DNA of 62,973 bases, the filler included, from Cercozoa sp. M6MM (lineage: Eukaryota > Protista > Endomyxa: Ascetosporea), in NCBI GenBank assembly GCA_040357565.1. It is 7 parts of 7 records of this genome, joined end to end, with 100 filler letters (N's around TTAATTAATTAA, not from the genome) between each part and the next. Parts side by side here need not be neighbours in the genome. Positions count along the whole stretch, not along the records: positions 19,460 to 29,829 come from JBDODJ010000449.1; positions 29,930 to 37,072 come from JBDODJ010000652.1; positions 37,173 to 52,613 come from JBDODJ010000306.1; 4 more parts are not named here. One strand, 5' to 3'. The notes under the pieces are model-generated. The model saw only the letters and a list, made by a program, of their open reading frames with translations. It had not been told where the DNA came from and did not search any database. A program made the translations under genes and the position numbers. Shown piece after piece: positions 26,457 to 40,374 of this stretch; position 1 is the stretch's first letter; each line of letters opens with the position of its first letter.

Positions 26457-26504
26457 TTCGCTGCCTCGCAGGACTGGCTGGCCGCCGAGCTGAAGAAGCG
26501 ATGA
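25457..26504 (+). CDS. ADP-ribosylation factor (Arf/Arl) GTPase
   Basis: MG myristoylation start, [42 protein letters not shown], ...[10 protein letters not shown]. Confidence 0.93.
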
Positions 26505-26848
26505 GCTTCAAATGTTGCGGCTTCACACAAACACAAGAACCACCACACACCAGCATCAATGCCAGTCATGCATTTTCCTCCAAAAACCAAAACAAACTAG
26601 AGTGTTACCCCCTGCCAAACTAGAGTGTTCCTTCACATGCACCTTTTTTGCTCCACTCATACCCTTATTCCCCTCCCTGGCATCACGTTACAACACACCC
26701 TAAGTCGCGAGTTTTCCAATCATTGTTTTTGGTATCCACCTGCACCCTTAAGAATAATCGAGTTCTGAGCTGTTGGGCGCACGCCACTCCAGCCAGAACT
26801 GTTGAGTGCTCGCTGTGTTTCAGAACGTATCTATAGCAGTCAGCGACG

Positions 26849-27516
26849 ATGTCAAGCGTGTAAGATTGGTTTAGGTTAGCAAGGCGGTAGCCACAATTTT
26901 TTGTTGTGCAGAACCGGTGTGTTTGTTTCGGGTCTGCCGGCGCAGACGACGGATCAGATGTTCCAGGAGCTGTTTTCACAGTTTGGCACGGTATGTTTCA
27001 CATGCCCTACGGATATTATGACATTGGGACGGTGACGTGAATATGTAGATCCACTCGGTGCGTATCATGCGCGAGGTTGACGTGAGTTTGTCTTTAATTC
27101 TGAGTGCACGAAACGAGAGGTTTGCGCGTTTCTTTTTAACGCACAGGGGACTCCGCGTGGCTACGGCTTTGTGAACTTCGCCGATACTGATGCGGCGGCC
27201 AAGGCCATCCAGGCAGGTAAGATGGACTGTGTGTGTGCTCGTACATGTGTATGTGTGTGACCTGTGCCTCTCCGCATCCCTTGTGATCTGTGTGTTGGCG
27301 TGTCCACAGAAGGCCTGACGTTACTGGGTCAGCCACTCACGGTGAAGTACTCGCAGAAACGCGAAGAGGTGCGAACTTGCCTTGTGTGTGGTGCATTTAT
27401 GGTCGCAGGCAGGATACGTATACTGGGGTTCCCTTGCTGCAGTTGGAGAAGACGTCGCTCTTTGTGGGCAACCTGCCCGCCAACGCCACCAACGAGGAAG
27501 TCGTTGAGGTAGCGTT

Positions 27517-27570
<54 letters not shown>

Positions 27571-28057
27571 CTTTGCTTCTTATCCCTTTAACCCGGGTCC
27601 CTTTATCCCTTTTCCCCTCCAATGCAACGCAGAAACTGGCGACCTTCTTGGCCAACCATGGCGTCAAGGTGCCGAGGGTTGACGTACACACCAAGGAGAA
27701 CACGGCCTACGCCTTCTTGGTAGCTGCTCTCTTGTTTACCTCAATTCATGTGTATTTAGGTCTATGTTTGTATTTATGGCTATGTGTGTATATGTCTATG
27801 TGTGTATTTATGTCTATGTGTGTATTTATGTATATGTGTGTATTTATGTCTATGTGTGTATGTGTGTCTATGTGTGTATATGTCTATGTGTATGCATGTG
27901 TGTGTGTGTGTGTGTATGTGTGTGTGTGCAGCGATTCACCGCCTTTGAAGATGCCGAGAAGGCACTTTCGCATCTGCGTCAGTGCACACTCACCTTTGCC
28001 TCGGGTATCTCCATGTGCTTCTTAACAATCTATCCTCCTTCTTGCACGGGGTACCCT

Positions 28058-28101
<44 letters not shown>

Positions 28102-28684
28102 GGTCAGGCCAAGTGGTGCCTACGGCCGCCTTCTCTCGCGGTTCCAGCTGTACTTCCAACTACGCTCTTTTTTGCCGTATCATTTGCCGTATCGGTTCCT
28201 TATGCGCGTTTATCTGTTAGCGGAGAGTCGCGGACCGTACGACGATCGACTCGAACGCGCGGTACTCCCGTGTCACTTCACTTGGAAGGATGGGGAAGTG
28301 AGGGAGTAATGTTGCCTGTCGATTGTGTAGCAACGGACCTTGTACGTGTCGGGTCTCCCTGCGTCAGTGCACTCTCCTTTCACTGTTTTGTTTCCAGACC
28401 AGATAAGGTGCCTGGTATCCCTTGTGTTTGCTTGTTGAGTTAGGTCAACAACGACGACGGCACTGCACTCAGACAGAAGTTCTCACTCTACGGTAGTTGC
28501 CTGTGTATGCCAGGCCTATCGGACACAGGTATGTGCACATTGGAATTGGCATGCTCAGGTACGGTGACGCGTCTCAACGTCATGCGCACCAGTGCTGGCT
28601 TCCGTGGCGTCGCTTTCGTCGAGTTCGAGCGAGCTGCACAGGCTCGGGAGGCCATCCGCGTGCTCAATGGTACGGTCGCCCTCC

Positions 28685-28732
<48 letters not shown>

Positions 28733-28742
28733 NNNNNNNNNN

Positions 28743-28790
<48 letters not shown>

Positions 28791-29584
28791 GCATGTCCTG
28801 AGGAAGGCCTTTACAAGAACTGCGGTTGTACAGGCACGATGTTCGAGGGCCATGTGCTGAGCATCCAGATGAGTAAGCCCAGGGTGCCGACTGCTCTCCC
28901 GACCACGCTGGCGGCCAACCCTCTGGCTGCACGCTACCCGGGCTACACTGCGCACGCTGCCTACTACCAGCAGCAATACCAGCAGCACTACCCTCAGCAG
29001 GTAGGTTGGTCTATATATATACATATATATATATATGTGTCCATATATGAACACACTGTAGCCCTACGCCCAGACGGCGGCCTACACGCATGCGCAGGTG
29101 CAGCAGCCGCAGCAGCAGTACCGCCCGCTGCCGCCACCGCAGGAGGGACAGCCCATTGTGGCCTACCGTACTATCACTCTGGACTGCGCGATTTCCTCCC
29201 CTACCTCTTGTGTCTTGGTGTAGGACCTATGCCGGGCGAGGAGCCACCTGTCCTCGTGTACGACGAGCCGCGACAGGTCTACCTGCTGCTCAAGGCCAAG
29301 GACGCCGAGAAGCTCGGCTACCGACAACAGCAGGCGCACGCCACTGCCGGCAACACCGTACGCTGCCTGTGTGAGTGATTGAGTGTGTTTCTGTGTATCT
29401 ATGTCTGTGTCTGTGTCTGTGTGTCTGTGTGTCTGTGTGTCTGTGTGTCTGTGTGTCTGTGTGTCTGTACTCTTTATGGCTAGCCTGCCTATGCCTTCAT
29501 GTTCTTTCCTTACAGTACGGCCCGGTGACTTCGACGATGCAGCGACGACAGGAGCGTCCCCGTCCTGAGCACGGACCGATCTAG
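26849..29584 (+). CDS. Three-RRM RNA-binding protein with a Q/Y/A-rich tail
   Basis: RNP2/RNP1 pairs: VFVSGLP / RGYGFVNF; LFVGNLP / AYAFLRF; third RRM with FRGVAFVEF. Confidence 0.8.
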
Positions 29585-29929
29585 TTCCGTCCGACAAGCT
29601 AAATCTAGCGGACTAGAGGAGCCGATACGCAAAACACGAAGTGGCACGCCCACCAATGGCCTGAGTTAGCATGCTTTAACAGCACACATAACACTCTACT
29701 TAACTAAGTGTTTCAGAGGGTTATTTTCCCGAAGCCTAGCTAGTTAGTTGAGTTCCGTCGGTCAGCGATGTCAGCTTATAGATACAGCTAAATGCAGTGA
29801 AGTTGGCCGATCAAAAATAGTCCTATGTANNNNNNNNNNNNNNNNNNNNNNNNNNNNNNNNNNNNNNNNNNNNTTAATTAATTAANNNNNNNNNNNNNNN
29901 NNNNNNNNNNNNNNNNNNNNNNNNNNNNN

Positions 29930-30101
29930 TAACAGAACTTTGCTCTTAGTAGAGGTAGTGCGAGATTCGACAGCACATGTCCTCAGGGAATGTAGCAAGG
30001 GTTCTACAGACTGCCCTCTCTACCAGTTGGCGGCGTTGCTGTCGCTGCTCTTGCAGAAAGCATCGCCTGCAAGGGTCACAGTAAAACACACACGCACGCA
30101 C

Positions 30102-30148
<47 letters not shown>

Positions 30149-30158
30149 NNNNNNNNNN

Positions 30159-30202
<44 letters not shown>

Positions 30203-32446
30203 GACACAGCACGTTGCATGCAGGAACAAGAGTAAATCAAGTCTCAGTGGTACACGGAGGCAGGCATTCGTGACAGACGAGCAATGTCTCGTCTTCGTTG
30301 GTACTTGAGCGTCACACTGAACCCCTGCAAAAGCAGCATCATGGTAATTAATGCTGCAACACAGAACACACAGGCAAGCCAAGGGCACACTCACTGCTCT
30401 GCGAAACGTACCACTGTGGCAAGGAACTTTACGCAGTCCTCGCGTCCCGATGAGGCAGCAACAAACAGCACGTTGGTGTTGAGGTCGTCGACGTTGCACA
30501 GGCGAACCAGCCGAGAGCGCTTTAGCTCCACAGTTTCTTCTGCGGACATCGACAGCACATCCGTCTGGTGTGTGTGTGTGTGGTGCGTGTGTGTGTGTGT
30601 GTGTGTGTGAGTGACACGGAGAGGAGGGACAGTGCAGCTGGACAGTACCGGGAGCGCACCAAAGGTCTTGTGGCACCTTGATCGTGTAGAGACGGCGTTT
30701 CAGGAATGTGAAGATTGCCGCTTCATCCACTATAAGTTTACAACACTGACGAGGGTAACTCCTCACAGCGCCTTCAAGTCACTCTGCTTCGTGGTCAGAA
30801 CGGAAGGACTGTGTGTGTGTGTGTCGTAGTTTACAAATCACGCGCTTGATGACGTCGTCACTCAGCAGGTACTGCACCGTGTCGATGTGCCCGTACCCAG
30901 CCGCAGCCATGAGAAAGAGGTGCCACTACACAAAAACAGAGAGACACGCACACGAATTGTGTGTTGCTGGCACTGCAGACGCCAAAGGCGCAGTACCTGG
31001 CCCAACGTCAACTTGGAGAGACTGAGCAGCTCGTCGCAGAAGCGTTTCGATTGCCCGTGGTACAGCAGCCGCATCGCCTGCCGTCTGGCTTCCGGGCTCA
31101 TCACTAAATGGGGACTGTGGTCACGGCAGCACTCAAGTCAGCTGTTGTGTGCGTGTGTGTGTGTGGTAAACGTAAGTAAAAACTTATAAGTTACAGGTCT
31201 CAGAACGCCGAATCGCTGCCAGATAGAAGCTAGACACAAGAGCAAGGGTGAGCACGCCGGCCACAACCTCGACTGACAACGCCGCCTGCATCGGGACAAC
31301 CATGCACTCCCAGGAGCCTGTGTGCAAGGTTGACGCCCGCACACAACACAAACGAAAAGTGCAAGAGCGAAACTGAGCGAACGTTCGCGGAACTCTGCAC
31401 GCGCTCAGAGAATTCCTTGAAATTTCCGTCCGTAGAACGGATAGACTTTAGGTTTCTCAACTCTAGGCTCACTGAGCGCATTCCCGCTGATGAATATTGT
31501 CGAGGGCAGCTCAAGCTCAAGCTTAAGCTAAGGCTCAAGCTCACAGCTTGAGCACATCAAAGAGCGGCAACTTGATTAAATCCGCCGCAGAAGGCCGCCG
31601 CCGTGCGTCCAGCGTCAAGCACTGGACACATCCCATGGTGTGCATGTACTGACTGTAACAAAAACGGGCAGCAACTGTGAGTGGTACAAGGGAGATTAAC
31701 TCGCGCAGTTCCTGCACTTGCGTCGACTGTGGCGTCACGTACCACTGGAGCTTCCATTGCTGGACAAAGCGCAAACAACAGATGGTCCGGTTTGGGAAAC
31801 ACCCCCGATAGTGGACAAGGATACAAAAGACTGCGCTGTCGGAGTGCGTGCAGCAGGTGGCATCCCCGCAGGCACGTCATCGACGCAGACGTCGAGCCAG
31901 TCAGCGTCGTGGTAGATGCTTTCTGCTGCGAGACCGAGCGACATCATCAGTCGATGTGTCAGTCTCTCCGACTCGCGTTTGTTCTCCTACCACATTCCAG
32001 GACAGCATTCGCAACTTTCTCTGAGTGGCGGGGAAGAGTCTTTCTTTGTACCGAAGCAGTGCACAGGTGCGGAGCAGCACCGTGCAGCAACTCGTACGCC
32101 GTGATGCCGAGTGACCACACGTCGACACCTCCATCCCGTCTGCACTGCATGCATCTGGAAGCGCGCCCAAGGGACCCCTCAGATAGAACTGTACCTGCCA
32201 AACACGGGATGGATCGACTCCGGTGCTGCGTAGGCTGGTGTTGTCAGGAGCGGCGCTCGTTCTTTCTGTCTCGGTCCTGCCCGAGTCCACACATTAGCTT
32301 CAAGTCAATGTTGACTAAATGCGAAGGCACCCAATGGCTTGTTCATGCTGTCAAAGTGGCAGGCGCTGCCAAAGTCGATTACTCGTATGCTTAGGCCTTT
32401 CTCACTCAGTGCCACTGCCCAAGCACACCATGCCTAAGTTGTAAAG

Positions 32447-32494
<48 letters not shown>

Positions 32495-32504
32495 NNNNNN
32501 NNNN

Positions 32505-32558
<54 letters not shown>

Positions 32559-33300
32559 CACACAGCCACGCACGCACACGCACACGCACAACGATGCTAC
32601 AGTTGTCTGGCTTGATGTCACAGTGCGCGACAGAGATGCGGTGCATGCATTCGAGTGCCCGCAGGATCTGGTAGCACCAGTAAACCACCATGTTGGGAGG
32701 CAGCACCGGTCGTGTGAGGTGTCCCTTGTTGCTCGCGTTGAGGCCTCTCAGCAGTGAGCCGAGAGAAGATACCGCAGCAAGAGGCGACAATTTCAGCAGC
32801 ACCTAGTCGGGGGGGGGGGGGGGGGGTAGTGCATGCTGATGGTACAGGAGTGCGTGTATTCAAGTACCTGTGGACGCTGCAGTGTGCCGCGAGACCATGC
32901 GGTTGGAAGAGCAATGTGCGAGCTTCGAACACGTTGCTCACCGTAGTGCTTTCGAAGGAGCTGCGACGCTTCCATTGACTGCAAGTGCGAACGCCAGCTG
33001 ACTTTTTGGTACGCCGACGTCAGTTTCACGACTGAGATCTGCCCAGGGGGAAGGGGACCGGGATGCTTGCTTCCCTTGCCAAACCCGTCACTGGAGGGAC
33101 ACGGGCACTCAAAACACTGTGCGCTGTACCTCCGCCGTGAACGCCTCGCGCACAATCGCACTATACACGCGGTTGCACTTGAAAGTCTAACAGCGAGTGT
33201 GAGCGTAGTACACTAAAACGTTGCCGTTTGAAGACTGGAACAACTGACGCACAGGCAGCCACAACTTGGCATGTCTTTCTTTGTACTCATTTTCCCTAAT
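29930..33300 (-). CDS. Ser/Thr protein kinase domain with a long C-terminal extension (3' end runs off the contig)
   Basis: Spliced: LFQSSNGNVF...ISVVK...HCDIKPDN...RVIDFGSA...TPAYAAPE...DVWSLGITAYELLHG...CLTLDARRRPSAADL. The Gly loop is degenerate. Confidence 0.85.
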
Positions 33301-35724
33301 AACAAAAGTTACCCACCCACAAAATCAGTGTCCCACCCAACTGAAGATACCAACAGACACAATTCGGCGTACTTTCCGAGAGCCGAGCGAAGTGCGTGCA
33401 ACGTCGGTATCACGACAAAGTGGTTTTTGTCCTGTTGCTGTAGCTGCGCAATGCCGACCGTGTACTGAACGTCGTCTCCGCAACTGGCGACGGCCAGTCG
33501 TATCAGTCTGCCCAGATTGCACCATCAAGACGTGAGTGAGATTTACATTTTGGCGTCTGCTCAACCGAATCTAAACGAAAGACAACGAACGCAGGTTCTT
33601 TCGGGACACTTGCGATCACTTGCGACTCAGCTTCTGTCGTGCACGCTCCGCATCTAGCACGACGGCCCTGTTCATGAGGAGCTTACACGAAGCGAAACGC
33701 ATTGAAACAATGCCGACGTACGTAGTCCACTGGGCGACCCTGCCAACGGAACAAGGCGACAGCAGCAGCGATTCCGGTCAGTATGACCGCCGTGATTTCG
33801 CTTGTTGAAACATAATTTAAAGTTAGATCAGGCCGATTGAACCCCTCTCCCTTCAGTTTTACCTCACAGAGACACGCTCAAGGTAGGCAGTTGGCGAAGT
33901 CAGAGTGACAGCAACGATTCGGTCTTCCAGTCGCTGTCTCGCAGGAGGAGCAGCACCAGCCGCTGCCCGTTGTCTTTCGGGTGGAACGCCAATTGCTGCT
34001 CGCTTCTGCGCTGGAAGTGCCGTCTTTTCTGCTCCAGTTTCGCGTGGCCGCGGCTCGCTCGGTCTCAGTCTGTCTTGCTTGAGAGGTGGAAGCGGATTGT
34101 CGGGTTCCTGAGCACTGACCGCCAGCGTGGCCACCGCCTCCTCGTCCTTCTTCACTTCGGTCGGAGCTACAGAGAAACGAACTCTCGGTCTCACATTTCC
34201 ATTCAATTCGGTTGTGTGAGTGGAAACTTACTCTCTTGCGTTGCTGGAACTGTTTCAAGTGCGACTTCTTCTCCTGAGCTCGGAACCTCGACTTCACCAG
34301 TAAATGTACTACTGCTCGGGCGTGAGCTGGTCGATGCTTTGGGATGCTCAAGCGCGTCGATTGTGGCTGCATTTCTCATATCGATCGATAAGCAAAGAAG
34401 CGCGCGCGAGCTGCATAAACCAACCTATAAATAAATTTGTAGACAGAGCGAACCTTGAATTGTCTTTGAGATGTTGATCTGGGTTTGAGAAGCAATCGGA
34501 GTGCCACTTTCGTCAACCTGCGATAGCTTTCGTTCGAGACTTTTGAGACTGTCCACGGAGTCTTTGAGCAGCCTCGGATCTTTTCGGCACGCTTCAGCGA
34601 GACACTTCAGCTGGTCGCGCACCATTGGAGCCAGGTTGGTCCACATGACTTCTGCTTTCTCTTTGATGACTCGGTCGGCAAAGTCGACGACAACACCGAG
34701 GAAGTTTAAGACCAGAGTCGGCATGCTTTCGGGTTTGGTGTGCGTTCTCGCAGACTTCCAGGCGTTGTTCAACCGAGAAGTCGCCAGCTCTCGATCTGAT
34801 GGCGAGACCTTCGTCTCTTCTCCGTACAGTGCTTCCAGCAGGTTTCTCAGCTCCTGTTACAGACACCCACGCAATCTCGAGCAGATGAAACTCATGCAAG
34901 TCATCGCTAAGCTCTCGGCGAGCGAATCCGCGGGTGGTGTACCTCCCTGGCTTGGTCTTGGGGTAGAGACACATCAAAAGTCGCCTCGGGCTGCTTCGCG
35001 CCGTTGCCTGGCAGTCTCGCCTGTGTTGATTGGGTGATGAAGCTTGCGCAGAAACAAAGCAAGACAAGCCTGAGACGACTCGCCATGATCATGATTGTCA
35101 CAGGCCTTGCACTGCACCCTGCACGTCCGAGCGGTCTGGTATCGACGAAACTTGCGCTTAATTTTTGGCGATGCAACGTTAGTGAGACGCAGCAGGCCGA
35201 CTTCAACTTGATAGTCGGGTGACTTGGGACTGCGGCTGCAAATCGAGTTAGCCGCCAGTTGCGGTCCGTGAGTCCGTGAGTTTTCAGTTGCGGAGCTGCG
35301 AATCGAATGAAGCACGTGTGCGCACGTGTCAGCCTGAGAGTTCTCCTCAACGAAAACGAACTGACACGAGCTATCGTACTCTAGAACCCGAGTTAACACA
35401 CAGTAACATTTAGTCGAGTTCGGTTCACGTCATACGAAGGCGGGACCCGGATCTGACGTGATGTGTCGTATCGCGTTTACGTCGGCCAGGCATCGCGGTG
35501 CGTGAACATGTGCATGCCAGCGAAAGCACGCATATAGCGAAAGTCCTGTGGCGCCTGCAGCATCGTTGGCACCGGTGTGGGTGTGAGAACCGGAGAGCCC
35601 GACGCAGCTCCTGCCCGACGCAGATCAGTGTCACTCACAGCGACCACGCTATGCCTTCGAACACTCTTGGCCTGAGTCTGTAAGGCAAAACCATGTGGGC
35701 ATAGCGGGGCACTAAACGAGTGCA

Positions 35725-35800
<76 letters not shown>

Positions 35801-36960
35801 TCAGAATACAAAATACCTCGGCGCTGTCGAGGTCGAGGTCGACGTCGTAGCGATAGCGTTCTCGGGATGGCACTGAGTGTGCAGAAAACGAATGCGAGAC
35901 CCCCCCCCCCAGAATAAGAAAGCACCGAATTCAACACCGGGGATTTCGGTGTTAGGGTCTCCCCAAGGGTAGTCAGTCCGATTCGCGCGCTGCATCATGA
36001 AGATGTTTGACACAGGCGAACATAGGATCAATCAAGGACGACACAACATTCATACGAAACGCACCTCTTGTGCGACAGTAGCGTTGTTAAACCCGTCGTC
36101 GTCTGTGCAGTCACGCAGTCACGCAGTCACACAGACAGACACGGATAGTGTCGGTACATTGACACAGAAAGACTGACCCACCATGAGCGTTAACGGAGGC
36201 GACAACACTCCAATGCACCGCATGAGCCCCGAGAGTGGACTGCAGAACACAGACACACACCCAAACGTACAAACAGACTTCGGTATCTTCACACTGTCAA
36301 ATGATCACCTGGTCGGCGAACACAGAGCCATTGGCGTCTGCCGTGCACATGCCAATTAATACACTCGCTTGTAAACCACGGGGGCAGTACAACAGGCGTA
36401 AATGTACCACAGAAGCTCACGCTGATAGTAACTTTGTCGTCAGCACACGATTCGCTGTCCGAATTGGAGTACTGCGCAACAACAGAGAACACACAGTGGC
36501 GTTACCCATCTAAACTTACATTTCACATCGGAGCAATTTAGTGTTACATCAGACGCGTTCCAACTTGCCTCAGTTGATTCTGTTGAGATTCCTTCGCACT
36601 CGGTTTGTTGGACAGAACTGGACCGTGCGATGCACGTATCGGTCGTGCCGGAGCTATCTTGACTCTGCGTCGACTCTGTTACAAAAAAGAAGAATACAAT
36701 CACACAAGCCAGACCGGGAACTCGGCAAGCAAACAGATCGTACTCGAACCAATGCCATCGATGTCGGTGTCGGCATCTCCCCACGGGTAGTCGTGCCGAT
36801 TCTCGTGCTGCATTGCACACCCCTTGCAACGGTCAAGCACGAACACAATCGTAACTGACGACAAGCACCTCTGGGAGAGAGTCGCTTGCGGATTCGCTGG
36901 CATTCCTGGAACCTTCACCGTCAGTGTCCCAGCGGTCTGTGCATTCATGCGGATGTTGAT
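33301..36960 (-). CDS. Multi-exon coding region of unknown family, probably the N-terminal part of the kinase gene
   Basis: A continuous run of minus-strand exons with GT-AG ends (e.g. ELRNLLEALYGEE..., LIRLAVASCGDDVQY...) that splice toward the kinase N-lobe. It includes two NRxDYPWGD exons. Confidence 0.45.
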
Positions 36961-36984
36961 ACAGCGCACACTATTGAGAGAGAG

Positions 36985-37072
<88 letters not shown>

Positions 37073-37172
37073 NNNNNNNNNNNNNNNNNNNNNNNNNNNN
37101 NNNNNNNNNNNNNNNNTTAATTAATTAANNNNNNNNNNNNNNNNNNNNNNNNNNNNNNNNNNNNNNNNNNNN

Positions 37173-37212
<40 letters not shown>

Positions 37213-37219
37213 GGGCGGG

Positions 37220-38100
37220 TACAGGTCCCAGAGGCGTGGCCACATTCGAATCGACACCACGCATGCTGTGTGCGGCATCACCATCATCGTCATCGTCAAA
37301 CATTTCCTCTTCGTCATCCAGCATCTCGTCCTGGCAGCAGGGGGTAAAGGAGGGAAAGGGAAGGGGGGGTAAAGGTGCAATACGTCATCAAGATTCTCCT
37401 CGTCCTCGAACTGATCGTTGAAATCCTCATGGTTGCCTGTGTCGCCATCTGTGTCGGAATCATCCGACGTGATGTTTCCATCGCATGCACGGTCCAGTTC
37501 TTCGCACAGAGCACTCGCCACGAACTTGGCACACTTCTATTGACGCCACAAAACCACAGTATTTCACTCAAAAAGACTACCCATGTTTAATTCTCCAAAA
37601 CAAAATTCCTTGGAGAAACGCTCAAGAAACGCTAGCTTCAAACTTACAGGACCACCGTGGCCGTCACATACCGATACTGCGGCAAGCCATTCGTTCCTAA
37701 ACGCAGTCCAACACTCAAAGTTACGAAAGCACGCATCTCGCAAAAGCAAAAAAGGAACAACTTACGACGCGTGCTGCAAAAAGCTTCGCACGAATTCGGG
37801 TGCTGCTTGCGTGAAATTTACGCGCGCGTCGTGAAACGTCCCTGCCAACGATGAAACTCTTTATCGCATCGCAAAAACCTTCTCGAGCAAAAAGCTACAA
37901 GGCGAAACGGCCGAGGACGACGAGCGACGTGAAGATACGGCGGAAGACGAAGTGGATGGCGTGTTGGACTAGAAATAAAAAGGTGTATCACAGCGTGACT
38001 TGAACCAAGGTAAAACACAGGGGTAGCTACAGGTGATACAAGCTCGACAATGTCAGCTTCCGTCGCGATAACGTCGCCATCGTGGCGCGGACGCACTTCG
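37220..38100 (-). CDS. Hypothetical protein, 5' part, with a very acidic segment
   Basis: ASALCEELDRACDGNITSDDSDTDGD...DEMLDDEEEMFDDDDDGD; truncated at the contig edge. Confidence 0.4.
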
Positions 38101-38669
38101 AACCAGTCCTCGCCTCGTTCCTACTCGCCAAACCATTCACAGGTTGAAAAATGTGCGAAACTTTAAAAACACGCGAAACTCGGCGAGTTTTGGGCGAAAA
38201 GCACCACAAAATGCCAGAAATGAACGAAAAACAACGCCAGACAAAAATGGGAAAAGGTAAATTACGCGATGTTTGGCGACGGCAACGTACACGGGGCCGT
38301 TGACACCGCTCATGTTTCAGCAGATTTCGGGACACACTCAGAGAGTCAGTCTAATGAAGCGGCCAAAAGATCGAAATCGAATATCCCGTCCGATGGTCGC
38401 AACCTCGATGTTGTTTGCGTTTTGGTGCAGTCAGAAGTCGTTAACAACTGATGCGCGGTCATACAGGGTTATCACAGGATGCCGGGTGTTTTGATTAAGT
38501 GTGCGCAAAACTGTGCGTGATTGTGGTCAACTTGAGTCTTTTGAAGTCTGACCGTGTTTCATGGGGTGCTGAAAGACAGTTCACTTGGGAACCTCGACAC
38601 TTGTGTGTCAGATCGTGCCCCCAAAGATTATTTGACTTGTCCCACCCGAGAGAAACGCACTTGGCCAAG

Positions 38670-40374
38670 ATGACATCATTGAAAGCACGTGCTGAGTCTT
38701 GGGCCATCCCATTGGATCAAGACCCATTGTTGTTCAAGTCGCGTCGCTTGCATCACTCTGCATGGGAGGTGTGGCCATCTTGTGTTTGCTTTGTTTACGA
38801 TGACGCTTTGACATCGACAGGTGTGCAAAGTGATCATCTTACTGCCTCTGATCGTTGTGCGATTGGTGCTGATTCTGGCTTGCTTCCTTTCAGGTTCGCT
38901 TTTGTTTCTCTTTAGCTTTACTTGTGCAATGCTTCACTTTTCCTTCAGGCATTCCACCCTATCTGCTGCTGTATTTGGTTCCCGAGTCAAAAGAAGAAAA
39001 AACACAAGATTTGCCTCCGCGCGGATTCCGCAAGTTCTGCTGCGACTGGTATTACCGAATCGCATGCCGCGTTTTTCGTACATTGGACACTATAAAGAAC
39101 TTATAAAAGTTTAAGCTGACATCTGCAGTCTGGTGTTGCGGAGTGCAACTGAAGGAGTTCGGAAAGAAGGAAGATGCGCACATTGTCGTTATGAACCATG
39201 GCAGGTAGATCTATGTTTCAAGGATCACAAAAGCGTAAAGTGTGACATTTCTTAGTGTGCTGGATGCTTTTATTGGCGGCGCCGTGTTGATGCCTTTGTA
39301 TGCATTGTCACTGGAGGCGAACTTTGCCATTCCGGGCTTTGGACACGCCTTGCGATTGGCCAAGTCGATCAGTCTGACGCGTGGTACACGATGTAAATCG
39401 CCGAGGTCCTTTCTCATTCTTTGACCCATTAGGCAATGGCCATGAGGTGCAAGAAACGATTCGGCGTCGTGCGCACTCGAAAGAATGGCAGCAGGCCAAT
39501 CACTGCTTGTTGCTTTATCCGGTGTGTTTGCTTATGTGTTTTTGTGCTATTTGACTGTCCCTTTGGCTGTATGATATGCAGGAAGGAACCTGTACGAATG
39601 GCGAGGCACTTGCAAAGTTCCAATTGGGCGCGTTCGCGCCGTTGGTACCCGTGCAGCCGTGTGTGTTGCAGTACCCGTGGGTGCATCACGATCCGACTTG
39701 GACTTTTAATCGCGTCAATCCGGGCCTCGTGCTGCTGCGCATTCTGTCGCAGTTGTACACTCAGGTGGAAGTGCATTTCTTGCCTGTGATGACGCCTGTG
39801 CCAAAAGAGACGCCCGATGCCTTTGCCGAGAGGGTGCGACAGGTCATGTCGCACAACCTACAAAACGGCTTGAGTGAGGTCACTCTGCGTGAGTCACTCA
39901 CACGCACCTATCTCAAAGCAGGCTACCCATGTCAACACATCAACGTGCTCGTCGAACGGGTCAAAGCTGCCGCGCGGATTCGCTCTGTGCGCACTGTGGC
40001 CAACCTCGCCACTCTGTTCAGTCATCTCGACCGTGACCACGATGGCTACTTGCGTTTCTCTGAATTGCCTGGTATCATTCCTTTTGTGTTTTCGTCAGAC
40101 ACAAAGAACTCGTTTGCTTTCAGATTCGTTGACAAAGCTTTTCGAGCTTCCAGCGGCAGCGAAATTGATCGAAACTCACGAGTTCGACACTCTCACGTTC
40201 TCCGAGTTGTGTGTCCTGCTGGAAGCCGTGGTACCTCCTGTTTCATAAAAAAACTGCCTTGCGACTGATCTTTTGTCTGAACAGACCGAGGACGAAGAGG
40301 CAGTGCGCGGGTTGCTTCAGAATGAGATTGCTCGCGCCAAGCGCCCACTCGGCGGTAAACTGAAAGACGCATAG
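38670..40374 (+). CDS. Lysophospholipid acyltransferase (LPCAT1/2-like) with EF-hand
   Basis: N-terminal TM (LLPLIVVRLVLIL), NHxSxLD motif, EGTCTNG...FQLGAF..LVPVQP, VEVHFLPV, EF-hand DRDHDGYLRFSE. Last exon TEDEEAVRGLLQNEIARAKRPLGGKLKDA*. Confidence 0.88.
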
